DNA of 53,354 nt, from assembly GCF_001194135.2 (NCBI RefSeq), contig NC_068981.1, positions 118,484,252 to 118,537,605 of the forward strand, given 5' to 3'. A program made the position numbers and the translations under genes. The notes under the pieces are model-generated. The model was not told where the DNA came from and made no database searches. It saw only the letters and a list, made by a program, of their open reading frames with translations. The stretch is from Octopus bimaculoides (lineage: Eukaryota). Position 1 is the first letter of the stretch, and every line of letters begins with the position of its first letter. Positions 24,045 through 37,078 of the stretch are shown one piece after another.

Positions 24045-26059
24045 TATTAGGCTGAGTAAGAAGTAAGCAACGTCTTGAAATATCAAATTCATCACAATGT
24101 ATTTCAACAATCGGGAAATTTGATTCATCAAAGTAAGTACTATTACAATCAACACACATTTTTGCTAAGTTACAAGTTTGTTCATTCCGGTAACCTAAAA
24201 ATCTAGAGTTCTGGAGCTGATGAACTCTTTGAACGCATTTTCAGCATCGGTTTGATCTTTTAACTTCTCTCGCAGGAAACCATCAAGGTGCTTGAAAAAG
24301 TGATAGTCGGTACGAGAAAGGTCTGGGGTATAAGCTGGGTGGGGAAGAAATTCGTAGCCAAGCTCCTTCAACTTCTGGAGTGGTCGAGCATTGTCATGAA
24401 GTATGATTGGCCTTCTTCTGTAGACCAGTTGGGACGGAGAAGTAGCAGCTTTTCGTTCATTTTGGCAATATGTCTCTGCAGTAATGGTTTTTCATATTTT
24501 AAGAAGTTATAGTGGATGAGTGTACACCACCGAACAGTCGCCATAACCCTCTTTTTGAAGAGCTCGGGTTTACGGAAGGTTTTATTATTGTACAGAATCC
24601 ACTTTTCATCGCAAGTTACAATACGGTCGAGAACTGGATCGGTCTGGTTATGGAGAAGCAACGAGCAAATTTCATATCTGTGCGTCTTCTGATTTTCATT
24701 CAAATCGTGTGGTACCAATTTGTCGAGCTCTTTTGATTTTCCGATCGCATGCAAAATGGTTGCAGGCATTTTTCTGGCTAACTTGAAGTTCTCTTGCCAG
24801 TTCCCGAGTGGTTTTATGTGGATCTTTCTCAATGACAGTCTTTAATTGACAGTCATCGATGACAGACGGGCGTCCACTACGCTCACGATCTTCAAGGCTC
24901 AGGTCTCCACTGCAAAATCGTTTAAGCCATTTTCGAGATGACCACTCAGTGGTCATTTCCTCACCAAACGTTTCGTTGCGTTTTTCTATTACCTATTACA
25001 GGCGCACATAGAGGGAACAATACAATATGATCTGGGAGTCATATACAACAGATGGTATAAAAATTTATAATGACAAAATGAAAAATAGAAAGGGACACCA
25101 AAGACAATAACATTCAATGAAAGACAATATGGGGTTTAAAAGACAGGTATGCTCCGACTCCACGAGCCCTGTCTTCTCAACCGATACCTTGGTAATCTCT
25201 ACGACGTGCTCACGCAGGGCCTTTTACTCCCAACATACGCATCCATCTTTTTCTGAACATGCTCTCTGACAGGCACCTCTTTCCAGCCCCTTGACCGGGT
25301 CCTTCCTGACCAGCGTCACCACTCCCCGGCGCACAGATCTGGGAATCCACCCATTCTGTTCCTAGTTCGCGAAAACGCTAGCCAGCACGTGTCCGAACAA
25401 GTCTGGCATACTTTTATATAACACGTAAGGTAGACCATCGAGTCCCGGCGCTTTACTACCTCCACAGTCAGCTATGGCTCCAATCACTTCCTCAGATGTG
25501 ATCGACCCTTCACAGCTCTCCGCATCCTGCCCCAAGAGGCTCTGCAGCCCGGCGAGGAAGTCCGTAAGGTCTGTCCTCCTATCTGGCCCATCGCTCCCCC
25601 GGAAAAGCTGGGCGAAGTGCTCCTGAAAAGTCCGATACCTCTCCTCGGCTTAGTTTATCAACTCACCTTGCGAATTCACCAAAGTTCGAATTATGGAATC
25701 GTTTCCACGTTGAGCCTCCACAACACGTGCCCATCCAGCGGCCTTGATTCCCTCGCCGCTCATTGCACGAAGTCTAGCTCTGACGATACTCTCCTTGTGC
25801 TGGTTTAATGGTTAACTCCAGTCTCTTCACCATTCGCAGACTCTCTTCATCAGGATCTTCGTCAAGACGTGATTCTACAATCTTCTCCATTAGTTCCTCC
25901 ACTTTGATGTCTTGCTTCTTCGGACTAGTCAGAATGCTGGCTCCCCCGCACGGGGAAAAACAACAATTGTTTTAACATCTTAACAGCAACAACGTTCAAA
26001 AATACGGTACAAATTTTTCATGGTTTAAAACGTTGCTTATTTTTTTACTCAACTTCATA
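24045..26059 (-). mobile_element. Decayed mariner (DD34D, cecropia/Hsmar1-like) with both TIRs, interrupted by a LINE
   Basis: Translation shows RKWLKRFCSGDLSLEDRERSGRP, LDKLVPHDL, RIVTCDEKWILY, ILHDNARP and HPAYTPDLSRTDYHFF. TIRs: TATTAGGCTGAGTAAGAAGTAAGCAACGT (24045-24073) and the reverse complement of 26030-26059, TATGAAGTTGAGTAAAAAAATAAGCAACGT. Confidence 0.9.
24990..25950 (-). mobile_element. Tx1/L1-clade LINE fragment with an internal deletion, nested in the mariner
   Basis: IVRARLRAMSGEGIKAAGWARVVEAQRG..FQEHFAQLF..KAPGLDGLPYVLYKSMPDLFGHVLASVF..RGVVTLVRKDP, then near 25290 a jump to C-terminus-like RCLSESMFRKRW and a T-rich 3'UTR. Confidence 0.85.
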
Positions 26060-26395
26060 CAGTCAAGTGTTCTCTTCAGAAAATAAGTCTACAAAAGATT
26101 TCAATTCGTATCTTTGTACATTGCAACTAGTGAACCAAACCAAACAAATTCTCACAAATTCTAATCTTCGAGAATCTGTATTAAACCTTAGAAAAATTCT
26201 GAATCAGGTATGTATCACGGACACACACACACACACACACACACTCACACGTATGCACGCACACACGCATACACACACATACATACATGCATACATACAT
26301 ACATACATAGACAAACAAACAGACAAACAGCTAGATAAATAGACAGACAGACAGGCAGACAGACAGACAGACAGACAGACAGGTAGGTAGGTAGG

Positions 26396-26425
<30 letters not shown>

Positions 26426-26427
<2 letters not shown>

Positions 26428-27258
26428 GGGTGTTCGGGGTAAATTGGACGACATTTTACGTTTCCTTTTCCCAAGAACAGCTTGATGCATTGGTGAACAA
26501 CGGCGTTGTTGAGCATAAAGATTGAAGTTATAGTTGAGAAAAGTTAGCTGACTTGGAGGACTGGAAGCCGTCTGTATCATCATGCTTCCCGCTGGATGTT
26601 AAAATGCCAATATCATCACTGTTGTTCAGTGTTATGAACACTGTAAAGGCTGTAAAATGTGTCTGCAACAGAGACTATGAAGCTGTAGCCAGCAGGAAGG
26701 AACACAACAAGCATTTCAACTTCGTGCGCACTCCGGAATTCACCTAACAGCTGATTAAGAGGGCCTTAGGCTCAATTCAGACGGTTATGCGAAACTGCTG
26801 GAGACTGTGCTCAATCCGCGTCTAGGGAGAGTTACAGTTGGAAGTCCTTATGATTGGCAGCATGATTCCCCTTCCTGCCATTCCTGCGGAAAGAATCAAA
26901 AGTTTGGCAAGAAAATTTGTATGACTTCACGAGCCCCAGTTTTTAACTTCCTAATTCCCCCTATGTGTGAGACGCGGTTGAGAAAGACACCAACCGTTCT
27001 GCCCACAACACCAAGGCCAAGCTGATGGCGAAAATCAAAGAGGTATTCGAAGATCAGTGAGGAACCCATGCGCCAGGTTCGGAATCCGTTTTGAGGCTAT
27101 GGTGGAAGATGCTGGTGGCTACTTTGAGTAAACTGTTATCGCCCAACCATAATCTAGTTGCTACCTTTTGATATTTTAAATACTTTCACTTTTGGGTAGG
27201 ATGTTGTGTTTCTTTTCCTTTCATACAAATTATCAAATTTATCCCGAAAGTTCCGTGT
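26426..27258 (+). mobile_element. Internally deleted maT/DD37D-like Tc1-mariner element
   Basis: The terminus GAGGGTGTTCGGGGTAAATT follows a TA at the end of a (GATA)n tract, with a degraded inverted copy near 27230-27255. Peptides: GLRLNSDGYAKLLETVLNP..GSPYDWQHDSPSCH and VEKDTNRSAHNTKAKLMAKIKEVF. Confidence 0.75.
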
Positions 27259-27789
27259 GTGCCATGATCTTTTCCCAACTCAACAGTTGAATGAGCAAGC
27301 TTTCAACTATATGATTCTCTGCCTACTTTTGATATGATGCCGGCCTCTCGATTACAGTTCGTATTTTTTAAAGATACTGTGCAGTCTTTATTGTGTTTAA
27401 TTACTTTACGTTCTCGTAATGTAGCGGCTCGTTCAAAAAGGCCGATAAAATAAATACCAGACTTTTGAAAATAAGCATTGGCGTCGAATTGTTCGAATAA
27501 CACACTTGAAGCTGGTGTCTCAGTATGGCTGCATTCCAATTTCTAAAATAAGTAAAAGATAAAATATAAAAGATTATTAAATCTTATTCAAAACACTTCG
27601 ATATGATTACGTCAACGTTTCCTTTCAATTTAATGGAAGCAACGAGAAGTAACTTTAATTAATTGTTTGGCTGTGATTTTATATCCTAAAACTCATGCTC
27701 TAGCTTCAATATCAAGAGTCACTACTGGTTTAAACATCTGTCTTCTGACAATCAGGCAGGTTTTACACGATCTTAAATAATCCTTTCTA

Positions 27790-27965
27790 TTTATAGGCAC
27801 AAGGCCCGAAATTTTGGAGAAGGGAACTAGTTGATTATATCGATACCAGTACGAAAGGATGAAATGCAAAGTCGACGTCGGCGGAATTTGTAGTCAGAAC
27901 ACAGACAGACGGAATGCCGCTAAGCATTTTGCCCGGCGCGCTAACGATCTTGCCAGCTCGCCAAT
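27790..27965 (-). mobile_element. SINE family A
   Basis: GGCACAAGGCCCGAAATTTT..GAAAGGATGAAA.GCAAAGTCGAC.TCGGCGGAATTTG..CTAAGCATTTTGCCCGGCG.GCTAACGAT..TGCCAGCTCGCC is the reverse complement of the family. Confidence 0.9.
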
Positions 27966-28159
27966 ACCTTCTTCATTCTGCATTTCGTAAAAACTATTCG
28001 TCTTTACAAGCGCCAGTTGGCATCAGCTTAACAAACCTGAAGAATTGAACATCGATCGAAAAAAACAAATGCTTAGTCTGACACCGATACTCTACAATCT
28101 CTAACCACGACTACGCTTTTTCCTGACTATCATATTATATCGTTATTATGACGAACACA

Positions 28160-28700
28160 AAGGCGACGCGCTGGCAGAATCGTTACCGACCCGAGCAAAA
28201 TGCCTTTGATATTTCCGGGGTCGCCGAAATATGTACCAGTCAATCATTGAGATCGTTATAATCGACAAACCCCATCTCCACAAAATTTCAGGCATGGTGG
28301 CTTATAGTAAAAAGGATTATTATAACGAGCACCAAGACGGCGAGGTAGCAGAATCGTTAGCACGCCGGGCAAAATGTTTAGCGATATTTCATCAGTCTTT
28401 GCGTTCTGAGTTCAATTACTGCCGAGGTCGACTTTGCCTTTCATTCTTTCGGATGCCTATAATACAAAGAATTATTACGAGTACCATGCTGGTAAAATTG
28501 TTAGAGTTTTGAGCAAAATGTTTTGCGGTATTTATTCCATTAATTTACATTCCGAGTTCAAACACTGCCGAGGCCAACTTTACCTTTCTTCCCTCCTGGG
28601 TGAATAAAACGAAGAACCATTAAAGTGCTAGGTTTCTCATAGTATTGATAATACCCTTCCCTCAGAATTACTAGCCTTGCGTTTAAATTACAATCCATCA
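28160..28700 (+). mobile_element. Head-to-tail trio of SINE family A copies
   Basis: Heads lie near 28161, 28335 and 28488, with the same boxes and core as the 8106 copy. Confidence 0.85.
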
Positions 28701-30071
28701 GATGTGACGAGCATGCAGAATTTTTGGAGCGTCAGAAAATGAAACTCATTAGTTACAAATCACATCCAACCAATTTCTTCCTAGACCCTCACGACCGTCC
28801 CATGTTTCGCACTAAACACATTGTGCAATACAACTGAAGATCCTTGATAATGTCCCTAATGTACCAAAACCAAAAATAAACACATACAAAGTACTTTTAA
28901 TATATAATATTCCCAGACATCTGTTATCAACACATCTATTTTAGTGCTTTGGACCACTTAGTATTAATGGTCAACTTCCCAAACAGGTACAGTCCTAACC
29001 ACCCCAAATTGCTAACATAGAACCGCTGTCTGACTTACAACATATACAGTTATGCTCACCTTATGTCTTTTTGAGTTACGTCCTTTTTCAACTTTACGAC
29101 GTGATTTCTTTAAAAGAAATCAATTAATCTCAGCGTAATTCAATTTTATGTCAATCTCAGCAAATATTTAGAAGCACAAAAATTAAAATAAACACTTGGA
29201 AGCCAATACTAAAGTGAAAAAAGGAAAAGCAAATGAAGTATATGTGAATATATGTACAAAGATAAGCTATTAAGTTGTTTTTTGTTTTTTTGTTTTTGTT
29301 TTTTTTTTCTTTCCAGTTACATCATTTTTCGAGTTAGGTCTAGGAACCAATTACCGACGTAAGTTGTGGCATGCCTTCATTTCCAAAAAACATTCCTAGA
29401 AACACATCTATGTGTTTGAAATCCGAGGAACCAAATCTGTCGGAGTTTTAATGAAGTTTTTCCATTCCTTCCTTTAACTGTATTAATGTCATTATATTAA
29501 TAAACTATCATAGTTGACATTTATATTAGTGTTGACATTTATGGCAAGGAACGTTAAAACGCTAACTAGAAATAATAACTATTTAGTTGTCATTGTTTTC
29601 TTATTACACGTCTTTTCGTAGTTTTTTATACGCATGAGAGGCAACTCTGATATTTTTATACTTAGATTATTTCCCTTTAGTTATGCAGATTTATGTATCT
29701 TGCTATATCCGTATAAAAAATCCACAGAAAATGAAAATGAAACGCTCGAGTGGAATTTTTCATTAAATGCTATTTCGTATACACTCCTTTAAAATTTGCT
29801 TTAATGATATCGATGAAAATGAAGTTAATTCGTTATGTTCTTTAAAAGTCCTTGGAAATAACGAACTGTGATTTAATAAATGTACAGTATCTCCATGCAT
29901 TGAAGTAACTGAAGATGGACATTAATAGTTTTCCTCACAATATAAACTTTATCCCAATCTGATCTATTTGCATTACGTTATTATTTTTACAGATAGCATT
30001 ACTAGTCTCCTAGGAGTCTATCGACTAATTGAATTTGCCTTTTGACATTTTTTTTTTAAATTTCCTTACAT

Positions 30072-30343
30072 ATAAGTATCCGGACTGTTGCTTATACGTA
30101 TCCGGACTATTACTATAATAACGAAGCTAAAGCACGGAGAGTAAAGCCGTTTGGCACAGATTCACCTTGAACTCTGCTGTGCATGTGTACTAAGTTTTAA
30201 CGTTCTAGCTCACTTCCGCTCTTTACAGTAGTGCTTGAAAGGAAGGTGTGTAGCGTGTGATCGTCGCATTGACCATGACAGAGAAAGTTGAGCAGAGAAT
30301 CTGCATCAAATTTTGCGAATAGCTTGGCGAAGTTTTCAAAAAA
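30072..30343 (+). mobile_element. 5' end of the same mariner family as 17002-17622
   Basis: ATAAGTATCCGGACTG..TAACGAAGCTAAAGCACG..ATGACAGAGAAAGTTGAGCAGAGAATCTGCATCAAATTTTG; collinear with the reverse complement of 17410-17622. Confidence 0.85.
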
Positions 30344-30897
30344 TAAAAAAATTCCGATGCTGACTATGGGTCCCACGAAAATGCAGATTAATCAAATTTG
30401 AGTATCTGGAAAGGGTTTTATCTTTGCTTTAGGCCATTTTCCGACGATAAAATATTGATACTACTTATGCATTATAAGTAGCGTATATTTCATGAAATCC
30501 TTTTTGTCCAATTTGGCAGAGGAAATGAGAAGAACATTAACATTTTTGTCGGCGTCCTGTTGATACTTCATGTTACCATCCCGCGCACCACCGAGCCATG
30601 TGCGTGTCTGTGCGGCTGGTCACAACAAAGTCACAACAAACCCATCCATCCGTTCTCCAGAAGTGCCCTGTTGATATTTCACGTTTCCAATCCTGCGCAA
30701 CGTAGCATGGCCCGGCATTATGTCTGCTTTCTATGTCATCCATGTCTGAACTATATAATGCAAAATGTTCATAGAAAAAAAAAACTGCTGTTGTGACTCA
30801 TTTGAGTTTGACCGCGTAACTACTTCCGGAAGCTACGCACGCCACCTGCAATTAGTCCCCCAGCACATGCCTCGCCCCCCTTAGTTGAACGAGTAAA

Positions 30898-30963
30898 TAC
30901 AGGGTGTCCCAGAATTAATGATTTAAGTGAAATCGGGTGCATTTTTTTAAAACTCACTGTTAC
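30898..30963 (+). mobile_element. Probable Tc1/mariner-superfamily terminus running into a gap
   Basis: TA followed by CAGGGTGTCCCAGAATT resembles CAGGGTGT-type TIR starts. The remainder is hidden by N. Confidence 0.45.
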
Positions 30964-31699
30964 NNNNNNNNNNNNNNNNNNNNNNNNNNNNNNNNNNNNN
31001 NNNNNNNNNNNNNNNNNNNNNNNNNNNNNNNNNNNNNNNNNNNNNNNNNNNNNNNNNNNNNNNNNNNNNNNNNNNNNNNNNNNNNNNNNNNNNNNNNNNN
31101 NNNNNNNNNNNNNNNNNNNNNNNNNNNNNNNNNNNNNNNNNNNNNNNNNNNNNNNNNNNNNNNNNNNNNNNNNNNNNNNNNNNNNNNNNNNNNNNNNNNN
31201 NNNNNNNNNNNNNNNNNNNNNNNNNNNNNNNNNNNNNNNNNNNNNNNNNNNNNNNNNNNNNNNNNNNNNNNNNNNNNNNNNNNNNNNNNNNNNNNNNNNN
31301 NNNNNNNNNNNNNNNNNNNNNNNNNNNNNNNNNNNNNNNNNNNNNNNNNNNNNNNNNNNNNNNNNNNNNNNNNNNNNNNNNNNNNNNNNNNNNNNNNNNN
31401 NNNNNNNNNNNNNNNNNNNNNNNNNNNNNNNNNNNNNNNNNNNNNNNNNNNNNNNNNNNNNNNNNNNNNNNNNNNNNNNNNNNNNNNNNNNNNNNNNNNN
31501 NNNNNNNNNNNNNNNNNNNNNNNNNNNNNNNNNNNNNNNNNNNNNNNNNNNNNNNNNNNNNNNNNNNNNNNNNNNNNNNNNNNNNNNNNNNNNNNNNNNN
31601 NNNNNNNNNNNNNNNNNNNNNNNNNNNNNNNNNNNNNNNNNNNNNNNNNNNNNNNNNNNNNNNNNNNNNNNNAAAACGTGCGGTTACTCACCAATAATG

Positions 31700-33200
31700 A
31701 ATATTATTGATTTAAGGCGATGATGATGAAAATCATGTAGGTAATGACTGTGCAGCAAAGAAGATTTAAAGCTCTTCGGGTGACGCCTCTTCTTCAAGTG
31801 TTTTAGGGGATGTGGTATCTTCCTGCAAGGCTTTCTTCATGAGCTTGAGGAACATTGTGATGAGAAGTTGCTGTAATTGCTTCTTCATGATGGTGAGGAG
31901 AGTTTTATGTTTGCATGGCAGCATCGATGGCATTTTTCAGTTGGAGAGACTTAATCATATAGGGATCCTATTCTTCCACCTTCTCTTGCAATTCCTTTGC
32001 TGTCCTTAAAAGGTCGGACAGTTGTTCGACTGCCAGGCCAACTTCATTCTCCTCTTCCTCTGGATCTGGTGCTTCCTCCTCTTCGCTGGCAGGCTTCGTT
32101 ATCTCCAACAAATCTTCGTCTGTCGGGGTTTCAGAGTGGGCATCGATGAGGTCGTTGACCTCATTATGCGTTTTGTCGTCAAAACCTTTGCCACCAACTA
32201 CCTTTGCCAGTTTCACCGCATTGTTGACAGACTCGTGTTGAATATCTTCAGGTGGGAAGCCATCGTAGTCCTGGACACACTCTGGCCCCATTTTCTTCCA
32301 GCATGCGATGAAGGTTTCTTTTTGCATGTCGTTAAGGGCAGCGTAGATGAGTGACAGGCGCGCTGCGGTCGTGAAGTTACGCCATTACTCCTTTAACTTG
32401 AAATTCTCTTCCGAATCCATTGCGTCCACAAGGTGTTGGAGAGTTCCGAGTATAAAGTACTTCAAAGGCACGGATCATGCCTTGATCTATAGGCTGGATC
32501 AGGGAAGTGATCTTGGCAGGGAGGAACTCGACTTGGACTCCCTCGTGATTCAACTCCAAAGAGTAACCACCAGCATTATCCATAACAAGCAACACCTTGA
32601 ATTCCATGCATAAGTTTTGGAGGTATTCCTTGACTTGACGGATGAAGCATTGGTGGAACCAATTCAAAGTTAGATTTTTGGTAATCTAGGCCTTGATGTT
32701 GTGCATCCAGTGGAGAGGCAGCAGGTTTTTATTCTTATTTTTGAAGGCCCTCGGGTTCTCAGACTTGTAGATAAATCCTGGTTTCATCAAGAAGCCAGCA
32801 GCATTGTCACATATAATTAGCGTCATTCTGACCTTCTGTGCCTTAAATCCTGGGGCTCTGGCTTCGTCCAACATGATGTACGTTCTGGAAGGCATCTTCT
32901 TCCAGAAGAAGCCAATCCCGTCTCTATTGAAGACCTGCTCCGGCTTATATCCCTTGACCTCGATGATCTGCCTAAAGGTCTCGAGGTACATCTCGGAAGC
33001 TTTCTTGTCGGTTGATGTTGTGTCTCCGTGCAGGGAAACACTTTATTTTAAACCGTTTCTGGAAACGGTCAAACCATCACTTGCTGATTTGAAAAAAATA
33101 TATATTGCCACGAAAAAAGCCATTAAAATCACGGACGATATTTACGATTCCACGAATATGCTGTGGTTTCCGCGAACAGTTATTAGTTCCGCGAATCAGC
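31700..33200 (-). pseudogene. Tigger/pogo-family DDE transposase remnant, N-terminal HTH deleted
   Basis: SVSLHGD..GYKPEQVFNRDGIGFFWKKMPSRTYI..GFKAQKVRMTL..NAAG..KPGFIYKSENPRAFK..HWMHNIKA, NWFHQCFI..VLLVMDNAGG..VEFLPAKITSLIQPIDQGMIRAF, and ACWKK. Confidence 0.92.
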
Positions 33201-33206
33201 GAATAA

Positions 33207-33583
33207 CAGTGTGCATTTAAACACATAAGAGAGATGTCCATAATAGGACATCTAATCCGCTAGAAGGAGCAGTCAAAACTCCAAACCACAATTAGGGATA
33301 ATTTCGAAAGGGAATGAAAATAAAAATATTTATCATCTATTTCCTGAACCAAGGTTTCAAGCTGTTTTCAGCAAATTATTTTATTTGCTGAAAATAGCCT
33401 AACAAATAGTTTTATTTTGCTGAAAATAGCTTGAAACCTTTGTTCAGGAAATAGATGATAAATATTTTTATTTTCATTCCCTTTCGAAATTATCCCTAAT
33501 TGTGATTTGGAGTTTGACTGCTCCTTCTAGTGGGTTAGATGTCCTATTATGGACATGCCTCTTATGTGTTTAAATGTACACTG
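33207..33583. repeat. Foldback palindrome with ~168-bp arms (MITE-like)
   Basis: 33207-33375 versus the reverse complement of 33416-33583 shows about 8 substitutions and 1 indel. Termini are CAGTG...CACTG. Confidence 0.95.
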
Positions 33584-33828
33584 AATGTATTTATATGAAT
33601 AATATATAATCTATTGACTAGTTATCTTCTTCTCGCTAGACCACTGGTAGCAAAAAGAATTTCTTTTTTTTTTTTTTTTNNNNNNNNNNNNNNNNNNNNN
33701 NNNNNNNNNNNNNNNNNNNNNNNNNNNNNNNNNNNNNNNNNNNNNNNNNNNNNNNNNNNNNNNNNNNNNNNNNNNNNNNNNNNNNNNNNNNNNNNNNNNN
33801 NNNNNNNNNNNNNNNNNNNNNNNNNNNN

Positions 33829-33877
<49 letters not shown>

Positions 33878-35229
33878 GATAGACAGATGTGTGCGCGCGT
33901 ACATGTGTGTGTGTGTGTGTGTATAAACGAATTTGCAAACGTCTCAGCTAAATTCTATGACGAGATTAAGACGAGTTTGCAAGAGTTACTTCCCTTACGT
34001 AAAAAAATCGATGCCGCAATGCTTGTAATGATTACAAATAGATGGAGTTTATGATGTGACAGAATAAAGCAAAATTATGATTTTAGTAATGTCTACATAA
34101 CCTGATGCGGGTTAACTTTGCTTTTCATTGCTACAGAGTTTGTTAAAGATCAGCAATACACGGATGATATATTATGCAATCAATGATTCACTTCACGTTG
34201 ATAATTGATGCTTTTGGACATCAGTTGTACATTGTCTAGCCGAGTGGTGAAAGACTTCAAACTAAACAGTAGTAATGCGCACGCGCGCGTATGTGTGTCT
34301 ATGTCTGTGTCTGTGTGTGTGATTGTTGCATTTCAGAAACGGTGGTTTTTTGGGATTTTTTTTTTTTTTGACAAATAACCACATTCACTATATATTCGTT
34401 CTTCACTCGTTTATTACTGTTCTTAATCAAACTCATGTTCATTGTCCGGAAATCTTTCGTCACACATCTGTGACCTCCTCAGCGACACTTTCCGTCTTTG
34501 TGTGTACTCTTGCTCTGCTTATTCCATTCTGTTCTTCTATGATGTGANNNNNNNNNNNNNNNNNNNNNNNNNNNNNNNNNNNNNNNNNNNNNNNNNNNNN
34601 NNNNNNNNNNNNNNNNNNNNNNNNNNNNNNNNNNNNNNNNNNNNNNNNNNNNNNNNNNNNNNNNNNNNNNNNNNNNNNNNNNNNNNNNNNNNNNNNNNNN
34701 NNNNNNNNNNNNNNNNNNNNNNNNNNNNNNNNNNNNNNNNNNNNNNNNNNNNNNNNNNNNNNNNNNNNNNNNNNNNNNNNNNNNNNNNNNNNNNNNNNNN
34801 NNNNNNNNNNNNNNNNNNNNNNNNNNNNNNNNNNNNNNNNNNNNNNNNNNNNNNNNNNNNNNNNNNNNNNNNNNNNNNNNNNNNNNNNNNNNNNNNNNNN
34901 NNNNNNNNNNNNNNNNNNNNNNNNNNNNNNNNNNNNNNNNNNNNNNNNNNNNNNNNNNNNNNNNNNNNNNNNNNNNNTGGTAGTTGTTGTTGTTGTTGTT
35001 GTTGTTGTTGATATTGTTTCGGCCATTTGTGAAGTTACTGTATGTGTGTGCATATGGGTTCGCTTCCTATGTTGTTTGTAACCGTGCTCTTTATATCATT
35101 TTCTTTTTTATGTCTAATATTTTTTTCATTTATTTATCAAAGGAATGTGTATATATGTCTATTGTATGTGTATTACACTGTTTGTATCAGGGAATATTTT
35201 TCTCTCTCTTCAGTTCTTAGTCGTCATGT

Positions 35230-36260
35230 TGTGTGGTGTGGTAGTGGTGGGTGTTATTGCTCCATTCGTGTTTTTCTGTTGAGGCTCGGTCCGTCTATTG
35301 CTATGTGTGTAGCCTCTGTGATCTGTCTAAGTGTCGTGTCAGTTCTATACGTTGATAATACTTTAACCTCTAAGCTATTGACTGAGCTTTTATATTCTGC
35401 TTGAGCATGTTGGTAGATCCCTAACGAGCCTTTCTCTTCTTTGAGCTCTCAGCAGTGTTCATCTATACGCTTTCCTATGTTACGAACTGTCATGCTTCTG
35501 CTTCGTCCCTCAGTAATTCGTAAGCTATACACTACATTCCTCACCTTACGGTTAACCTGTGGGTTCATCCTACATACTATACAATTGTTCTCAGTACATT
35601 GAGATCTATCGAAGGAATAAGTTCTACAGATTAGGGATTTTATAGGGGTTCCAGGCCTTTCTACTACTTTAATCCGTAGATTGGCCTTATCTAATGTTAT
35701 TCTAAACAGATATGCAAGTTCGCCATGAGTTGGTCTCATCTATCATTTTACTGGTCCTTTCTGTGCTGTTCCAGGATTTACTTCTGTATAGCGGCCAGAT
35801 CCTCTTTGCAGCATTCTCTATGCAGGCATTGTACTTAGCCCTGGCTCCTTTGTGAACTCTAATCCCGTCCCTTTGGCTGCAGCCAGAGAACTGCATACAG
35901 TGGATGAAGTGTTGCATGAGTCTTTCCAATTCCATTGGGTCGCACGTGCGAGACACGTTCTTCGTCACTCTCACCAAGTCTGTTATCAGAATATTGAACT
36001 TGCCGTTGTCCGCTATGACAATTACTGTGAATACGGAGATGAATACATCTACGCATTTTTTTTTGTTTTTAAATGCAGATACACTAATCTCTGTATTTAT
36101 TGTAATTGTCTTGGTTATACACACACGGTAGAATATTTATAATCCAGTGAAGCGAAGACAGGTTTTACTCATCGGATGAAATTCATTGGGATTGCTTACC
36201 TTAAGTAATCCTAGGTGGTCCTTACAACTCGATGCGGTTAGCCTTGAACTAGATTATAAC
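35230..36260 (-). pseudogene. Decayed Penelope-like element (Neptune-like RT thumb/linker and GIY-YIG)
   Basis: KFNILITDLVRVTKNVSR..MQFSGCS..AKYN..IWPLYRSKSW; PTHGELA..LRIKVVERPGTPIKSLI..C....CIVC..NVVYSL..KRIDEH; TLRQITEATHIAIDGPSLNRK. Confidence 0.85.
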
Positions 36261-36930
36261 TGAGTGCTTGAACGGTTCCCGCCTGGATATTTTATCCCTA
36301 GATCCATCTCACTCTCTCTCTCTCTCTCTCTCTCTCTCNNNNNNNNNNNNNNNNNNNNNNNNNNNNNNNNNNNNNNNNNNNNNNNNNNNNNNNNNNNNNN
36401 NNNNNNNNNNNNNNNNNNNNNNNNNNNNNNNNNNNNNNNNNNNNNNNNNNNNNNNNNNNNNNNNNNNNNNNNNNNNNNNNNNNNNNNNNNNNNNNNNNNN
36501 NNNNNNNNNNNNNNNNNNNNNNNNNNNNNNNNNNNNNNNNNNNNNNNNNNNNNNNNNNNNNNNNNNNNNNNNNNNNNNNNNNNNNNNNNNNNNNNNNNNN
36601 NNNNNNNNNNNNNNNNNNNNNNNNNNNNNNNNNNNNNNNNNNNNNNNNNNNNNNNNNNNNNNNNNNNNNNNNNNNNNNNNNNNNNNNNNNNNNNNNNNNN
36701 NNNNNNNNNNNNNNNNNNNNNNNNNNNNNNNNNNNNNNNNNNNNNNNNNNNNNNNNNNNNNNNNNNNNNNNNNNNNNNNNNNNNNNNNNNNNNNNNNNNN
36801 NNNNNNNNNNNNNNNNNNNNNNNNNNNNNNNNNNNNNNNNNNNNNNNNNNNNNNNNNNNNNNNNNNNNNNNNNNNNNNNNNNNNNNNNNNNNNNNNNNNN
36901 NNNNNNNNNNNNNNNNNNNNNNNNNNNNNN

Positions 36931-36970
<40 letters not shown>

Positions 36971-37078
36971 GTATATATATATTTGTCTATATACTTGTCA
37001 TCGCAGTTCATACATAACGAATCAACACATATGGACACACACACATATTATACTTATGCATGTATGTATGTATGTATG

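Noticed and set aside
34990-35040. GGCCGAAAC on the minus strand downstream of the second PLE, as a hammerhead remnant
   Set aside because: The 5' core and stem II partner are absent.
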